A stretch of 64,000 nucleotides of DNA, from the NCBI GenBank assembly GCA_964595955.1, contig CAZQSF010000001.1, positions 4,456-68,455 of the forward strand. The letters are read 5' to 3'. Origin of the DNA: an uncultured Saprospiraceae bacterium (lineage in GTDB: Bacteria; Bacteroidota; Bacteroidia; Chitinophagales; Saprospiraceae). This document shows, piece after piece, positions 18,708 to 27,756 of the stretch (positions are counted from its first letter, which is position 1; each line of letters begins with the position of its first letter). The notes beneath the pieces are model-generated. The model was not told the DNA's origin and searched no databases. It saw nothing but the letters and a program-made list of their open reading frames with translations. Made by a program: the position numbers and the translations under genes.

Positions 18708-19259
18708 TTTTTTCCCCTGCACAACCGGCAGTGCAAAAGGCAGTTGAAGATCTTGCCCAGGACGGTGATTTCGGCGGTTCGATACGGACATATCCATGTG
18801 CTGATTTAAACGAACAACTGTGGGGACAGGCTCAAAATTGATAAACACCGTCCCGGCGGGCCGATGACATTTAGCAGGCCCTTTGATGATTCCTGCCCTA
18901 AAAACGCAGCCGGCAGCTCTCACTATACAGGGCCGGATCAGATTTGACAGTGGGCAGACCCTGAATGCGCTGCCTTCTTCCGGCGCAGACGCGATCCGCC
19001 CGGCGGGCTTCCGGGATACTCGAAAAAACGAGTCTTCTGCAAAGATAGTAAAGCTATGTTTAAACATTGTAAAACTTTCGGTTTGGTCGGCGGCAGCCTG
19101 TCGAGATTGACCGGTTTACGGGTAAGCCGAGTCGATTACTGCTGCAAGGGTTTCATTTGCTTGGGCCTTCCGAAAATTGCGTACTTTTCAGCTTGTTACA
19201 CTCCCTTTCGCGAAGACCGGGGGCGTTCCCGGTTCTGAGCAAGGTACAACACAGCGGAA

Positions 19260-20393
19260 ATGAAAACGCTTTACATTGCGGCCACCGGACAGCATGTTGG
19301 CAAGACCACATCCACGCTGGGATTGGTCCGCAATTTCAAGGAGATGGGTTTTAATGCGGGGTATTGCAAACCCGTTGGCCAGAAGCACCTCACCATCAAC
19401 GGCCAGTTGGTAGACAAGGACGCCGTGCTATTTGCCGAGACGGCCGGTTTTGAGATCGAGCCCGAGTTGCACAGCCCCGTTATTCTGGCCAAGGGCGTCA
19501 CGAAGTCCTACATCGAAAGCCCGTACAGTTTGCCTTTCCGGGGCGATATTAAAAACGCAGCCCGCCGCCTGGAAGACCGCCACGAAGTGGTGATCTACGA
19601 AGGTACGGGGCACCCGGGGGTGGGCAGTGTGGTCGATCTGTCCAATGCCCATGTGGCCCGGCTCCTCAAGGCCGGAGTGATCATGGTGGTAGAGGGGGGC
19701 ATCGGCAGCACACTGGATCGCCTTAACCTGAGCATGGCTTTGTTTCGCGAGCAACGCGTTCCCTTGCTCGGCGTTATCGTGAATAAAGTCCGGCAAGACA
19801 AATACGAAGAGGTGGGTTTTTTTCTCAAGAAAAAACTCGACCAATACAAGATCCCCATTTTGGGAATGCTGCCCTACGATCAAAGCCTTTCCTTTCCCAT
19901 CATGGAAACCATAACCCAGGCGGTGGAGGGGCAGGTGATCCTGAATGAAAACCGCTTGTCCAACCGGGTGGAGGACATCATTTCCGGCTCCTTGGTGGAT
20001 ATGGACGAGTTCAACACCTTCGACAATACGTTGCTGGTCGTGAGCAGCAAGCGATTGAACGAAGCCATCGAAAAGGTGAAAACCATCGCCAGCCTCAAGA
20101 AACTGGAACGATCGCCCCTTTCGGGAGTGATTGTAACAGGTGACGGCAAGCACGCCAAGCTCACGGATGTGGCCGACCTCAGTAATCCCTATTTTGTGGA
20201 TCACAAAATCCCGGTTATCACGACCAAACTGGATACGCTCGGTTCGGTAATTAAAATTAGCCGCATTGAAGTGAAGATCAATACCCGCACGCCCTGGAAG
20301 GTGAAACGGGCAGTAGAACTCATCCGGAAACACGTGGACTTTGATTTGCTCCTGGATCGAATGCGCCTGCAGCCCAAGCAGGTCCAGGGGTAA
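19260..20393 (+). CDS. P-loop (BioD/CobQ-like) plus DRTGG-domain protein, resembling the N-terminal half of phosphotransacetylase without the PTA catalytic domain
   Basis: N-terminus MKTLYIAATGQHVGKTTSTLGL (P-loop); later LSGVIVTGDG is a DRTGG-like segment. 377 aa. Confidence 0.65.
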   Translation: MKTLYIAATGQHVGKTTSTLGLVRNFKEMGFNAGYCKPVGQKHLTINGQLVDKDAVLFAETAGFEIEPELHSPVILAKGVTKSYIESPYSLPFRGDIKNAARRLEDRHEVVIYEGTGHPGVGSVVDLSNAHVARLLKAGVIMVVEGGIGSTLDRLNLSMALFREQRVPLLGVIVNKVRQDKYEEVGFFLKKKLDQYKIPILGMLPYDQSLSFPIMETITQAVEGQVILNENRLSNRVEDIISGSLVDMDEFNTFDNTLLVVSSKRLNEAIEKVKTIASLKKLERSPLSGVIVTGDGKHAKLTDVADLSNPYFVDHKIPVITTKLDTLGSVIKISRIEVKINTRTPWKVKRAVELIRKHVDFDLLLDRMRLQPKQVQG

Positions 20394-20535
20394 AGTCGGC
20401 CTCAGGCAAATTCTTGACTGCCAGGATATTGTATACTTGACACGAAGTTGGGTCCACCCCGCAGGATGAGGGAGTGGGGTAGCTACCGGGCAGCAAAAGG
20501 CGGATCTTCGCATCGATAAATCACCCGAAAGACCT

Positions 20536-20835
20536 ATGGCCACATCTTCTTCCTTTTCCCGGTACGAAAAGTCCGCTGTATTGCTGCGCGCCCTGGCGCA
20601 TCCCATTCGCCTGGCCGTCGTCGAACTGCTCTTTCGGGCAGGTGAAATGGAGGTCAGAGCCATGCAGGCGCAATTGGGTCTCGATCAGGCCGTGTTGGCT
20701 CACCATCTCAAGATCCTGCGAAACCAGCGAATTGTTTCGATCCACCGGCACGAGCTGGACACCCACTACGCCCTCTGCCACACCGACTTTCACCTCCTCA
20801 TTGCCATGACCGAGCGAGCTCCGGACCTGAGCTAG
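20536..20835 (+). CDS. ArsR/SmtB-family HTH transcriptional regulator
   Basis: LRALAHPIRLAVVELLFRAGEMEVRAMQAQLGLDQAVLAHHLKILRNQRIV is the typical ArsR wHTH. There is no ELCVCD-type metal site. Confidence 0.85.
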   Translation: MATSSSFSRYEKSAVLLRALAHPIRLAVVELLFRAGEMEVRAMQAQLGLDQAVLAHHLKILRNQRIVSIHRHELDTHYALCHTDFHLLIAMTERAPDLS

Positions 20836-20889
20836 GTTGAACTTGCTACCTTTGCAAGACGTTTTCAGCACTTGCAATCATTCGACCCC

Positions 20890-22221
20890 ATGCTAACCGC
20901 AATTTCTCCTATCGACGGCCGCTACTCGGACAAGACCGCGGCACTCCAGGATTTTTTCAGCGAGTATGCCCTTATCCGGTACCGGGTGTTCATCGAGGTA
21001 CAATACTTCATGGCCTTGTGCCGCCTGCCGCTTCCGCAATTGAAGGACATACCGGAAGCCCAACTCAACGCCCTGGAGCGACTGAGCAACCGCTTTGGCC
21101 TGGAAGAAGCCCAACGGGTCAAGGCGATTGAGCGCGAGACCAACCACGATGTCAAGGCCGTGGAATATTTCCTGAAATCCTGGTTCGATGAGCACGGCCT
21201 GGGGGCCTATCGGGAATTTGTACATTTCGGGCTCACCTCACAGGACGTGAACAACACGGCCACGCCTTTGCTGCTGAAGCATGCTGTGGGCAGCGAATAC
21301 CTGCCGGAGCTCGAAGGTCTGATTGCGGAACTGGAAGAACTTTCGGCCCGTTGGAAAACGGTTCCCATGCTGGCCCGGACACACGGCCAGCCGGCTTCGC
21401 CCACCTCGCTGGGCAAGGAAGTTGAAGTGTTTGCAGCTCGCCTGAAGATTCAGCAGGCCCAACTTCAGCGGGTGCCCTTCAGCGCCAAATTCGGAGGTGC
21501 TACCGGCAATTTTAACGCTCATTATGTCGCTTTCCCGGAGGTGGACTGGAGTGCTTTTGCCGATCATTTTGTTGAAACTGTATTGGGGCTCGGCCGTTCC
21601 CGGCCGACGACCCAGATCGAACACTACGACAACCTCGCCGCTCTCTTTCAGGCTATGAAACGGATCAACACCATCCTCATCGACTTGGCCCGAGACCTTT
21701 GGACGTACATCTCCATGGACTATTTCCGGCAGAAAACGGTTGCCGGAGAAGTGGGGTCCTCGGCCATGCCGCACAAGGTCAATCCGATTGATTTTGAAAA
21801 CGCGGAAGGCAACTTAGGCCTGGCCAATGCCGTGTTTACCCACCTGGCTGATAAACTGCCCATTTCGCGCCTGCAGCGCGATCTGACGGACAGTACGGTG
21901 CTTCGCAACCTGGGGGTCCCGATCGCCCACAGCCTGATTGCTTTTAAGGCCGTGCGCAAGGGGTTGCAGAAGCTATTGCTCAATCGAGGGAAGCTGGAGG
22001 CCGACCTGGATGCCAATTGGATGGTTGTCGCCGAGGCCCTGCAGAGCATTCTTCGCCGGGAAGGCTATCCCCAGCCTTATGAAGCCCTCAAGGATCTGAC
22101 CCGCGGCAAGCCGGTTGTCGACAAAAAGGAACTACACGATTTTATCGATCAGCTCAACGTGAGCCAGGCGGTCAAAGACGAAATGAAGCGCATCAGCCCG
22201 CACAATTACATTGGGCAATAA
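20890..22221 (+). CDS. purB: Adenylosuccinate lyase
   Basis: MLTAISPIDGRYSDKT N-terminus and the SSAMPHKVNP signature. The track ORF starts at a TTG at 20872; I prefer the ATG at 20890. Confidence 0.95.
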   Translation: MLTAISPIDGRYSDKTAALQDFFSEYALIRYRVFIEVQYFMALCRLPLPQLKDIPEAQLNALERLSNRFGLEEAQRVKAIERETNHDVKAVEYFLKSWFDEHGLGAYREFVHFGLTSQDVNNTATPLLLKHAVGSEYLPELEGLIAELEELSARWKTVPMLARTHGQPASPTSLGKEVEVFAARLKIQQAQLQRVPFSAKFGGATGNFNAHYVAFPEVDWSAFADHFVETVLGLGRSRPTTQIEHYDNLAALFQAMKRINTILIDLARDLWTYISMDYFRQKTVAGEVGSSAMPHKVNPIDFENAEGNLGLANAVFTHLADKLPISRLQRDLTDSTVLRNLGVPIAHSLIAFKAVRKGLQKLLLNRGKLEADLDANWMVVAEALQSILRREGYPQPYEALKDLTRGKPVVDKKELHDFIDQLNVSQAVKDEMKRISPHNYIGQ

Positions 22222-22305
22222 GCGTTTAGCTCCTAAACTTTTTGGCTTAACAACTCATTAACAAGAATTGGAAAGTGCTTGCGTCCGCAGGCCGCAGGCC
22301 TTTCG

Positions 22306-22313
22306 TACTTTTG
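22306..22313 (+). promoter_or_regulatory. Candidate -7 box (TACTTTTG)
   Basis: Perfect TAnnTTTG 69 nt upstream of the DUF1573 gene ATG. The nearest upstream TTG is 24 nt away, longer than the usual 19-21. Confidence 0.3.
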
Positions 22314-22381
22314 TTTTCGAAATGAATGGCGATCCTTTTTTTGCCGAACCATATTTTACACCTTTCAAAAGCAACATCGAT

Positions 22382-22912
22382 ATGTTCAAGTCCATGAAAC
22401 TCTTCTTTTTCGCCCTCGCGGCTACCGGCCTTATCGCTGCCTGCCAAAGCGGGGATAAGGAAGTGCGTGATGAAGCGGCCGAGAGCCTTCAGACGACGGT
22501 TCAACCTGCCGACAATGCAGCGGCTAAAAATGCTGTGAACCAAAACGCGGCACCTGCCGGCCCGACGACTACCATGTCTTTCGACGAGACGGAATTCAAC
22601 TTCGGCACGGTAACCGACGGCGAGGTCGTCGAGCACACCTTTACCTTCAAGAATACCGGTGATGAGCCGCTCATCATCAGCGATGCCCGCGGCAGCTGCG
22701 GATGCACCGTTCCCGATTGGCCCAAGGAGCCGATCGCACAGGGTAAGGAAGGCAAGGTCACGGTTCGTTTTGACAGCAAGCGCAAAGTAGGCGACCGCCG
22801 TCAGAAAGTGACGATCACCGCCAATACGCAGCCCGCACAGACTTTCCTGTATCTGGTGGGTAAGGTAGAAGCCGGGGAAGATTCGGGGAATCAACCGAAG
22901 GTCGTTCAGTAA
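22382..22912 (+). CDS. DUF1573-domain lipoprotein
   Basis: MFKSMKLFFFALAATGLIAAC lipoprotein signal, then FDETEFNFGTVTDGEVVEHTFTFKNTGDEPLIISDARGSCGCTVPDWPKEPI, the classic DUF1573 pattern. ATG at 22382 lies within track ORF 22268..22912. Confidence 0.85.
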   Translation: MFKSMKLFFFALAATGLIAACQSGDKEVRDEAAESLQTTVQPADNAAAKNAVNQNAAPAGPTTTMSFDETEFNFGTVTDGEVVEHTFTFKNTGDEPLIISDARGSCGCTVPDWPKEPIAQGKEGKVTVRFDSKRKVGDRRQKVTITANTQPAQTFLYLVGKVEAGEDSGNQPKVVQ

Positions 22913-22976
22913 ACGCCGGGTCATTGGCAAAAAGCCGAGAAGCCTGAATCGCTCGTTGCGGTTCGGGCTTTTCCAT

Positions 22977-22994
22977 TTTGGGCTTCGGCCCAAA
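22977..22994 (+). terminator. Hairpin with UUCG loop downstream of the DUF1573 gene
   Basis: tttgggc-ttcg-gcccaaa gives a 7-bp stem, followed by gccacTTTTg. The T-run is short. Confidence 0.3.
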
Positions 22995-23000
22995 GCCACT

Positions 23001-23032
23001 TTTGTACATATGCCCAATAAAGCCTACTTTTA
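23001..23032 (+). promoter_or_regulatory. Candidate Bacteroidota promoter: TTTG, 20-nt spacer, TACTTTTA
   Basis: -33-like TTTG at 23001..23004, a 20-nt spacer, and -7-like TACTTTTA at 23025..23032 (last base A instead of G). Lies 224 nt upstream of the ATG at 23256. Confidence 0.3.
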
Positions 23033-23255
23033 GAGGGTGTAGCGTTTTAACGTTCAGGGCGATGCCTGCTAAACCTGCCGGAAGGCTTGCAGGGGTAAAC
23101 CAAAGGCGTAAAACGCAGCTAAGCACTGGCCTCTCTAGCCCCAGTACAAAACGGATCGTTCCGTTGCAAGCTGTCCGGAGACCGGACGCTTCTCGCGCAA
23201 CGGGCGCCCGCTTCTGCATGGCGGCGTTTTCACATGTACACGAACTGCAACCACT

Positions 23256-25631
23256 ATGAAACGTGCTAACACCATCCTGTTGTGGGGTCTCCTTGCCGTA
23301 TGTCTTCCCCAATGGGCGAGCGCGCAGTTTAAGTCGCTGATGCGCAAGGCCGACAAAGAATTTGAGCTGCATGAGTTCGAAAAGGCGGCCGACTCTTATG
23401 CCCAGGCTTTGGAGCGAAGATCGGAGGATGTAGACGCCCTTACCGGCTTGGCGAACAGCTATCGATACCTCAATCGGATGGCTGAGGCTGCTGACGCTTT
23501 TGAAAAGGCAAGCCGCCAAGACGAATTCAATCTGGTCAATTACTTTTACTACGGCCACACGCTCAAGGCCCTGGGCCGATATACCGAAGCCCGGCGGGCC
23601 TATCTTCGGTATGCCGACCTGGACCTTCAGGTCGGGCAGCACTTTGCCCGTTCCTGCGACTTTGCCGCCAATCAAATCTCACAACTGTCCAACTTCCAGG
23701 TTGCTCCGGTGAGGGTCAATTCGCCCCAGTCGGATTTCGGGCCTGCGTTTTTTAAGGAGCGCCTTTTGTTCTCTTCGGCGCGCCCCGGATTACAACCTCC
23801 CGGACAGGATTTTACCCATCAGCCCTTCAACAGCCTTATGCAGGCACAAGCCGATCCCATGGGAAACCTGGCGGTTCCCGTACCGCTTTTTCCCGACCCG
23901 CAGCGGGGTGTACGCATCGGCCCCTTGGCCATCGCACCGAATGGCATGTTGGCCGCCTATACCAAGAACAATTTCACCAATGGGGTACGCCCCATTTCGT
24001 CTAGCGGCATGGACCTGGACCTCTTCTTTGCCCAGGTCGATCAAGGCGGTAAATGGAGCGGGGAAATACCCTTCACCTACAACAGCTCGGATCATTCGAA
24101 CGGCTTTCCGGCCTTTTCACCGGACGGGCGCGCCCTGTATTTTGCTTCGGATCGAGAAGGTGGCCTGGGAGGCTATGACCTCTACGTCACCTACTGGACC
24201 GGCAGCGGATGGGGGGTGCCGGAAAATCTCGGCGGCCGGGTCAATACGCCCGGTGATGAGTTGAGCCCGTATTTGGATGGAGAGGTCCTTTATTTCGCCT
24301 CCAACTGGCATCCGGGCTTCGGCGGATATGACCTTTTTAAAAGCGAGCGCTCGGGGAATACCTGGGGGGAACCCCGGAACCTGGGCATCCCGCTCAACTC
24401 GCCAAACGACGATTACGGGTTTATTTTCAATAGCCTGCAAAATGTGGGCTACCTGACCAGCAACCGTCCCGGCGGCTACGGCAATGAGGATATTTATCGG
24501 GTGAGTTCGACCGGCAAATCGATCCAGGTGGTGGTGCGCAATGCTTCCGATGGAAAACCTGTGCCTTTTGCTACACTCGATTTCACCTCTTGCGGCCGAA
24601 GTGTGTACAATGCCGACGTGGAAGGCAAGTTCTCGTTCCAACTGCCCCCGGGTATGAATTGCCAGATCCAGGTGCGTGCGGAGGGATATCAGCCCAGTGC
24701 AATTGCATCGACGGCCCTGCAGCAGCAGGGGGAAGAGCCGTTCTCCGTGTTGATCAACCGGGACGGGGAGATCTACCGGGGCCAAATCGTGGATTACGCT
24801 ACCAAGCAGCCTCTGGAAAACGTCAGTGTGGAAGCCGTCAATCAGGAGTCGGGCAACCGGGTGCAGGTGAATAGCGATGCAAGTGGCCAGTACGGCTTGG
24901 CCCTTGCCCCGAATGCCCGGTATGTACTTCGGTACTCGAGGGCCGGTTACCGCGACGTGAGTCGAAATGTACAATTGAACGATCCTTCCAATACCTCCGT
25001 CCTCGGCGTGATCTCGCTGTACCCCACCAGTGGAGCGGGCGGTTTACCGCCGGACACCGGACTGGACCCCGACAACCCGGACCTCGGCGGGCAAGCCGTG
25101 ACCGGCAACCGGCCCGGTGCCGGCGAGTATGCTATTCAACTGGCGGCTGTGCGTTCGCCTTCCCTGGGTAAATTCTCAAAGCTCGAGTCGGAGGGAACCC
25201 TCTACACCATAGAGGAAGGCGGTCTGTACAAAGTGCGCCTCGGGACCTACCCCGATAAGAGCCAGGCACAGCAGGTGTTGAGCCGGGTAAAAAGCAAGGG
25301 ATTCGGCAGCGCCTTCTTGGTGAAAGAGGAAGGCACGGGTCAGGTGGGTTCGGTTTATAGAGGAAGCAGCCCCACCTCGGCCAGCGGCAATTTCTACGTC
25401 CAGTTGGCCGCTTACAGCAACCCTCAAAACTTCAATGCCGAGGCCGTAGCCGGTCTGGGGAAGGTTTCCGAGGCGAAACGTCGCAATCTCGTGATCAAAT
25501 ACCTGGGACCTTTTCAGACCCAGGACCAGGCCCGGTCGGCTTTGTCCAAGGCTCAGGCTGCCGGCTTTACCGGGGCTTATATGGTCGAGCGAAAGCCGGA
25601 CGGAACCTATCAGCGGCTACACAGCAATTGA
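23256..25631 (+). CDS. Envelope protein with signal peptide, TPR region, PD40/TolB-like repeats, carboxypeptidase-regulatory-like beta domains and two C-terminal SPOR domains
   Basis: Signal MKRANTILLWGLLAVCLPQWASAQ. PD40-like SPDGRALYFASDREGGLGGYDLY and LYFASNWHPGFGGYDLF. SPOR-like YAIQLAAVRSPS...YKVRLGTYPDKSQAQQVLSRVKSKGFGSAFLV and FYVQLAAYSNPQN...YLGPFQTQDQARSALSKAQAAGFTGAYMV. Confidence 0.85.
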   Translation: MKRANTILLWGLLAVCLPQWASAQFKSLMRKADKEFELHEFEKAADSYAQALERRSEDVDALTGLANSYRYLNRMAEAADAFEKASRQDEFNLVNYFYYGHTLKALGRYTEARRAYLRYADLDLQVGQHFARSCDFAANQISQLSNFQVAPVRVNSPQSDFGPAFFKERLLFSSARPGLQPPGQDFTHQPFNSLMQAQADPMGNLAVPVPLFPDPQRGVRIGPLAIAPNGMLAAYTKNNFTNGVRPISSSGMDLDLFFAQVDQGGKWSGEIPFTYNSSDHSNGFPAFSPDGRALYFASDREGGLGGYDLYVTYWTGSGWGVPENLGGRVNTPGDELSPYLDGEVLYFASNWHPGFGGYDLFKSERSGNTWGEPRNLGIPLNSPNDDYGFIFNSLQNVGYLTSNRPGGYGNEDIYRVSSTGKSIQVVVRNASDGKPVPFATLDFTSCGRSVYNADVEGKFSFQLPPGMNCQIQVRAEGYQPSAIASTALQQQGEEPFSVLINRDGEIYRGQIVDYATKQPLENVSVEAVNQESGNRVQVNSDASGQYGLALAPNARYVLRYSRAGYRDVSRNVQLNDPSNTSVLGVISLYPTSGAGGLPPDTGLDPDNPDLGGQAVTGNRPGAGEYAIQLAAVRSPSLGKFSKLESEGTLYTIEEGGLYKVRLGTYPDKSQAQQVLSRVKSKGFGSAFLVKEEGTGQVGSVYRGSSPTSASGNFYVQLAAYSNPQNFNAEAVAGLGKVSEAKRRNLVIKYLGPFQTQDQARSALSKAQAAGFTGAYMVERKPDGTYQRLHSN

Positions 25632-25675
25632 CGCGCCTGCAAAGAACCGGTTCGGTAGCCGAGCGGGAAATGGGT

Positions 25676-26788
25676 TTACAGCACCTCATCGACGGAAGTC
25701 ATCGGCAGATCGAAAGCTTCTGCGACTCCCCGGTACACTACTTTACCCTGTACCACATTGAGGCCTAGTTTAAGGGACGGGCTCTGCCTGCAGGCAGCCT
25801 GCCAACCCTTGTCGGCAAGCTGGATGGCATACGGCAGGGTGGCATTCGTAAGCGCGATGGTCGAGGTGTAGGGTACTGCTCCCGGCATATTGGCCACGCA
25901 ATAGTGCACGACCTCATCGATGATGTAGGTCGGTTCGGCGTGGGTAGTCGGGGTACAGGTTTCTATGCATCCCCCCTGGTCCACGGCCACGTCCACCAGC
26001 ACCGTGCCGGGCTGCATGTCCTTGAGCATATCGCGGGTAATGAGCTTGGGGGTTTTGGCGCCTGTGATGAGCACAGCGCCTACGATCAGATCGGAATGCT
26101 TGATGTACTCGCGAATATTCAGCTCGTTGGAATAGACTGTGGTTACGTTGAGCGGCATGGTGTCCTCCAGGTAGCGGAGCCTGGGCAGATCAATGTCCAT
26201 GATAGTCACCCGGGCGCCCAGGCCGGCGGCCATTTTGGCCGACTGGGTACCTACTACGCCACCGCCCAGGATGAGAACATTGCCCGGCGCTACGCCCGGC
26301 ACCCCGCCCAGCAGTATGCCCCGGCCCTGGGCCGGCTTCTCCAGGTATTTGGCACCTTCCTGAATGGCCATGCGGCCGGCTACTTCGGACATCGGTATCA
26401 AAAGCGGCAAACTTCCGTCGCTCAGCTCTACGGTCTCGTATGCCAGGCAGACCGCTTTGCTTTGGATCATGGCCTGTGTGAGCGGCTCGTAGGAGGCAAA
26501 GTGGAAGTAGGTGAACACGAGCTGGTCCTCCCGAATGAGCTCGTACTCCTGCTCGATAGGCTCTTTGACCTTGATGATCATTTCGGCCTTGGCGTAGACC
26601 TCCTCCAGGCTCGGAAGAATGCGAGCACCGGCCTGGCTGTAAGCTTCGTCCGTAAATCCACTCTGCAGCCCGGCAGTAGCCTGAACGTATACCTGATGCT
26701 TTCGCTTGGTGAGCTCAAGTGCCCCGGCAGGGGTGAGCGCGACTCGGTTTTCGTTGTTCTTTATCTCTTTGGGTACGCCAATGATCAT
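25676..26788 (-). CDS. ald: Alanine dehydrogenase
   Basis: MIIGVPKEIKNNENRVALTPAG N-terminus and the NAD-binding VLILGGGVVGTQSAKMAAGLGA. Confidence 0.93.
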   Translation of the reverse strand: MIIGVPKEIKNNENRVALTPAGALELTKRKHQVYVQATAGLQSGFTDEAYSQAGARILPSLEEVYAKAEMIIKVKEPIEQEYELIREDQLVFTYFHFASYEPLTQAMIQSKAVCLAYETVELSDGSLPLLIPMSEVAGRMAIQEGAKYLEKPAQGRGILLGGVPGVAPGNVLILGGGVVGTQSAKMAAGLGARVTIMDIDLPRLRYLEDTMPLNVTTVYSNELNIREYIKHSDLIVGAVLITGAKTPKLITRDMLKDMQPGTVLVDVAVDQGGCIETCTPTTHAEPTYIIDEVVHYCVANMPGAVPYTSTIALTNATLPYAIQLADKGWQAACRQSPSLKLGLNVVQGKVVYRGVAEAFDLPMTSVDEVL

Positions 26789-26890
26789 GTCGGTTAGGGT
26801 TTTGCGATTTGATTGGAACGAATGTCAAAAGCGCTCAAAAATACAAATTCGGCGAATTTTGATGCCTAGGCAGGCATCTTCTTGCCTGCA

Positions 26891-27655
26891 ATGGATTATT
26901 CCCTACATTCGGGAGGTTCCTTTTCTCCAAAACTCAACCCATTCGTGGAATCGATCCAAGTCATACATGAGGATAATCATCTCATCGCGGTCAACAAGCC
27001 GCCGGGCTGGTTGGTCCAAGCCGATGAAACCGGCGACGACACCCTGGCCGACTGGGTAAAAGCCTATATCAAGCTGCGCTACGAAAAGCCTGGTGATGTC
27101 TTTTTGGGAGTCATTCATCGCATCGACCGCCCGGCCAGCGGCGCCGTTGTATTTGCACGCACCAGCAAGGCGCTTTCGCGCATGAATGCCTTGTTTAAAG
27201 AGCGCGAGATCGAGAAGGTGTATTTAGCTGTTGTAGCCGAGCGGCCGCAACCCTTGGCCGGACAGTTGGTGCACTACATTGCCAAAGACAGCCGGCGAAA
27301 TGTGGCCAAGGCGTACAGCAGTCTGAGCAATCGGGCCAAAGAAGCCGGGGCGCGAAAGGCAACTCTCGACTACGAGCTCATCGGCGAACTGGAGGGCCGG
27401 CATTTGCTGCGCATACAATTGCACACGGGGCGGCCCCATCAGATCCGAGTGCAACTGGGGGCTATAGGATGCCCTATTCTGGGCGATGTGAAATACGGGT
27501 TTAAGCAACCGAACCGGGACGGCTCTATCCACCTTCATTGCCTTGCTATGGGTTTTGTGCACCCGGTCCGCAAAGAGCCTCTTCTGATCAGGGCGCAGCC
27601 GCCGGAAGGAGATCCCGTCTGGAGGCTTTTTGCCAACCTCATACCCCCGGCCTAG
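26891..27655 (+). CDS. RluA-family pseudouridine synthase
   Basis: Motifs HLIAVNKPPGWLV, HRIDRPASGAVVFA and HTGRPHQIRVQL. ATG at 26891 lies inside a track ORF that starts at a TTG at 26882. Confidence 0.9.
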   Translation: MDYSLHSGGSFSPKLNPFVESIQVIHEDNHLIAVNKPPGWLVQADETGDDTLADWVKAYIKLRYEKPGDVFLGVIHRIDRPASGAVVFARTSKALSRMNALFKEREIEKVYLAVVAERPQPLAGQLVHYIAKDSRRNVAKAYSSLSNRAKEAGARKATLDYELIGELEGRHLLRIQLHTGRPHQIRVQLGAIGCPILGDVKYGFKQPNRDGSIHLHCLAMGFVHPVRKEPLLIRAQPPEGDPVWRLFANLIPPA

Positions 27656-27756
27656 GCAAGGGCCTCAAAGGGGGAATTTGTAGGTAATGTTGAAACCGAT
27701 ATGGATGTCCCCGTCGAAGAAGTTTTCAAGCGTGTTGGTCATATACTCCTGGCCGA

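Noticed and set aside
18773-18787. ggcGGTTCGATAcgg, resembling a tRNA T-loop.
   Set aside because: No complementary T-stem, acceptor stem or D-arm can be formed around it.
18642-19067. The full 141-aa track ORF, of which the micro-ORF is the 3' end.
   Set aside because: The upstream 120 codons are Arg/Pro/Ala-rich with no motif and span hairpin-rich sequence. Only the terminal 21 codons, with their own ATG and A-rich context, look potentially real, and even that is low confidence.
20394-20535. GGGGTAGCTACCGGGCAGC segment upstream of the ArsR gene, examined as a tRNA 5' half; also the duplicated cttgac motifs.
   Set aside because: No cloverleaf can be completed. The duplicated hexamers may be promoter or operator elements, but I have no support beyond their occurrence.
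23074-23093. cctgcc-GGAA-ggcttgcagg hairpin (and a second hairpin at 18966..18987), examined as a possible SRP (4.5S) RNA helix 8.
   Set aside because: The flanks lack the conserved AGCAGCC-type symmetric and asymmetric loop sequence, and no extended helix 5 pairing could be built.
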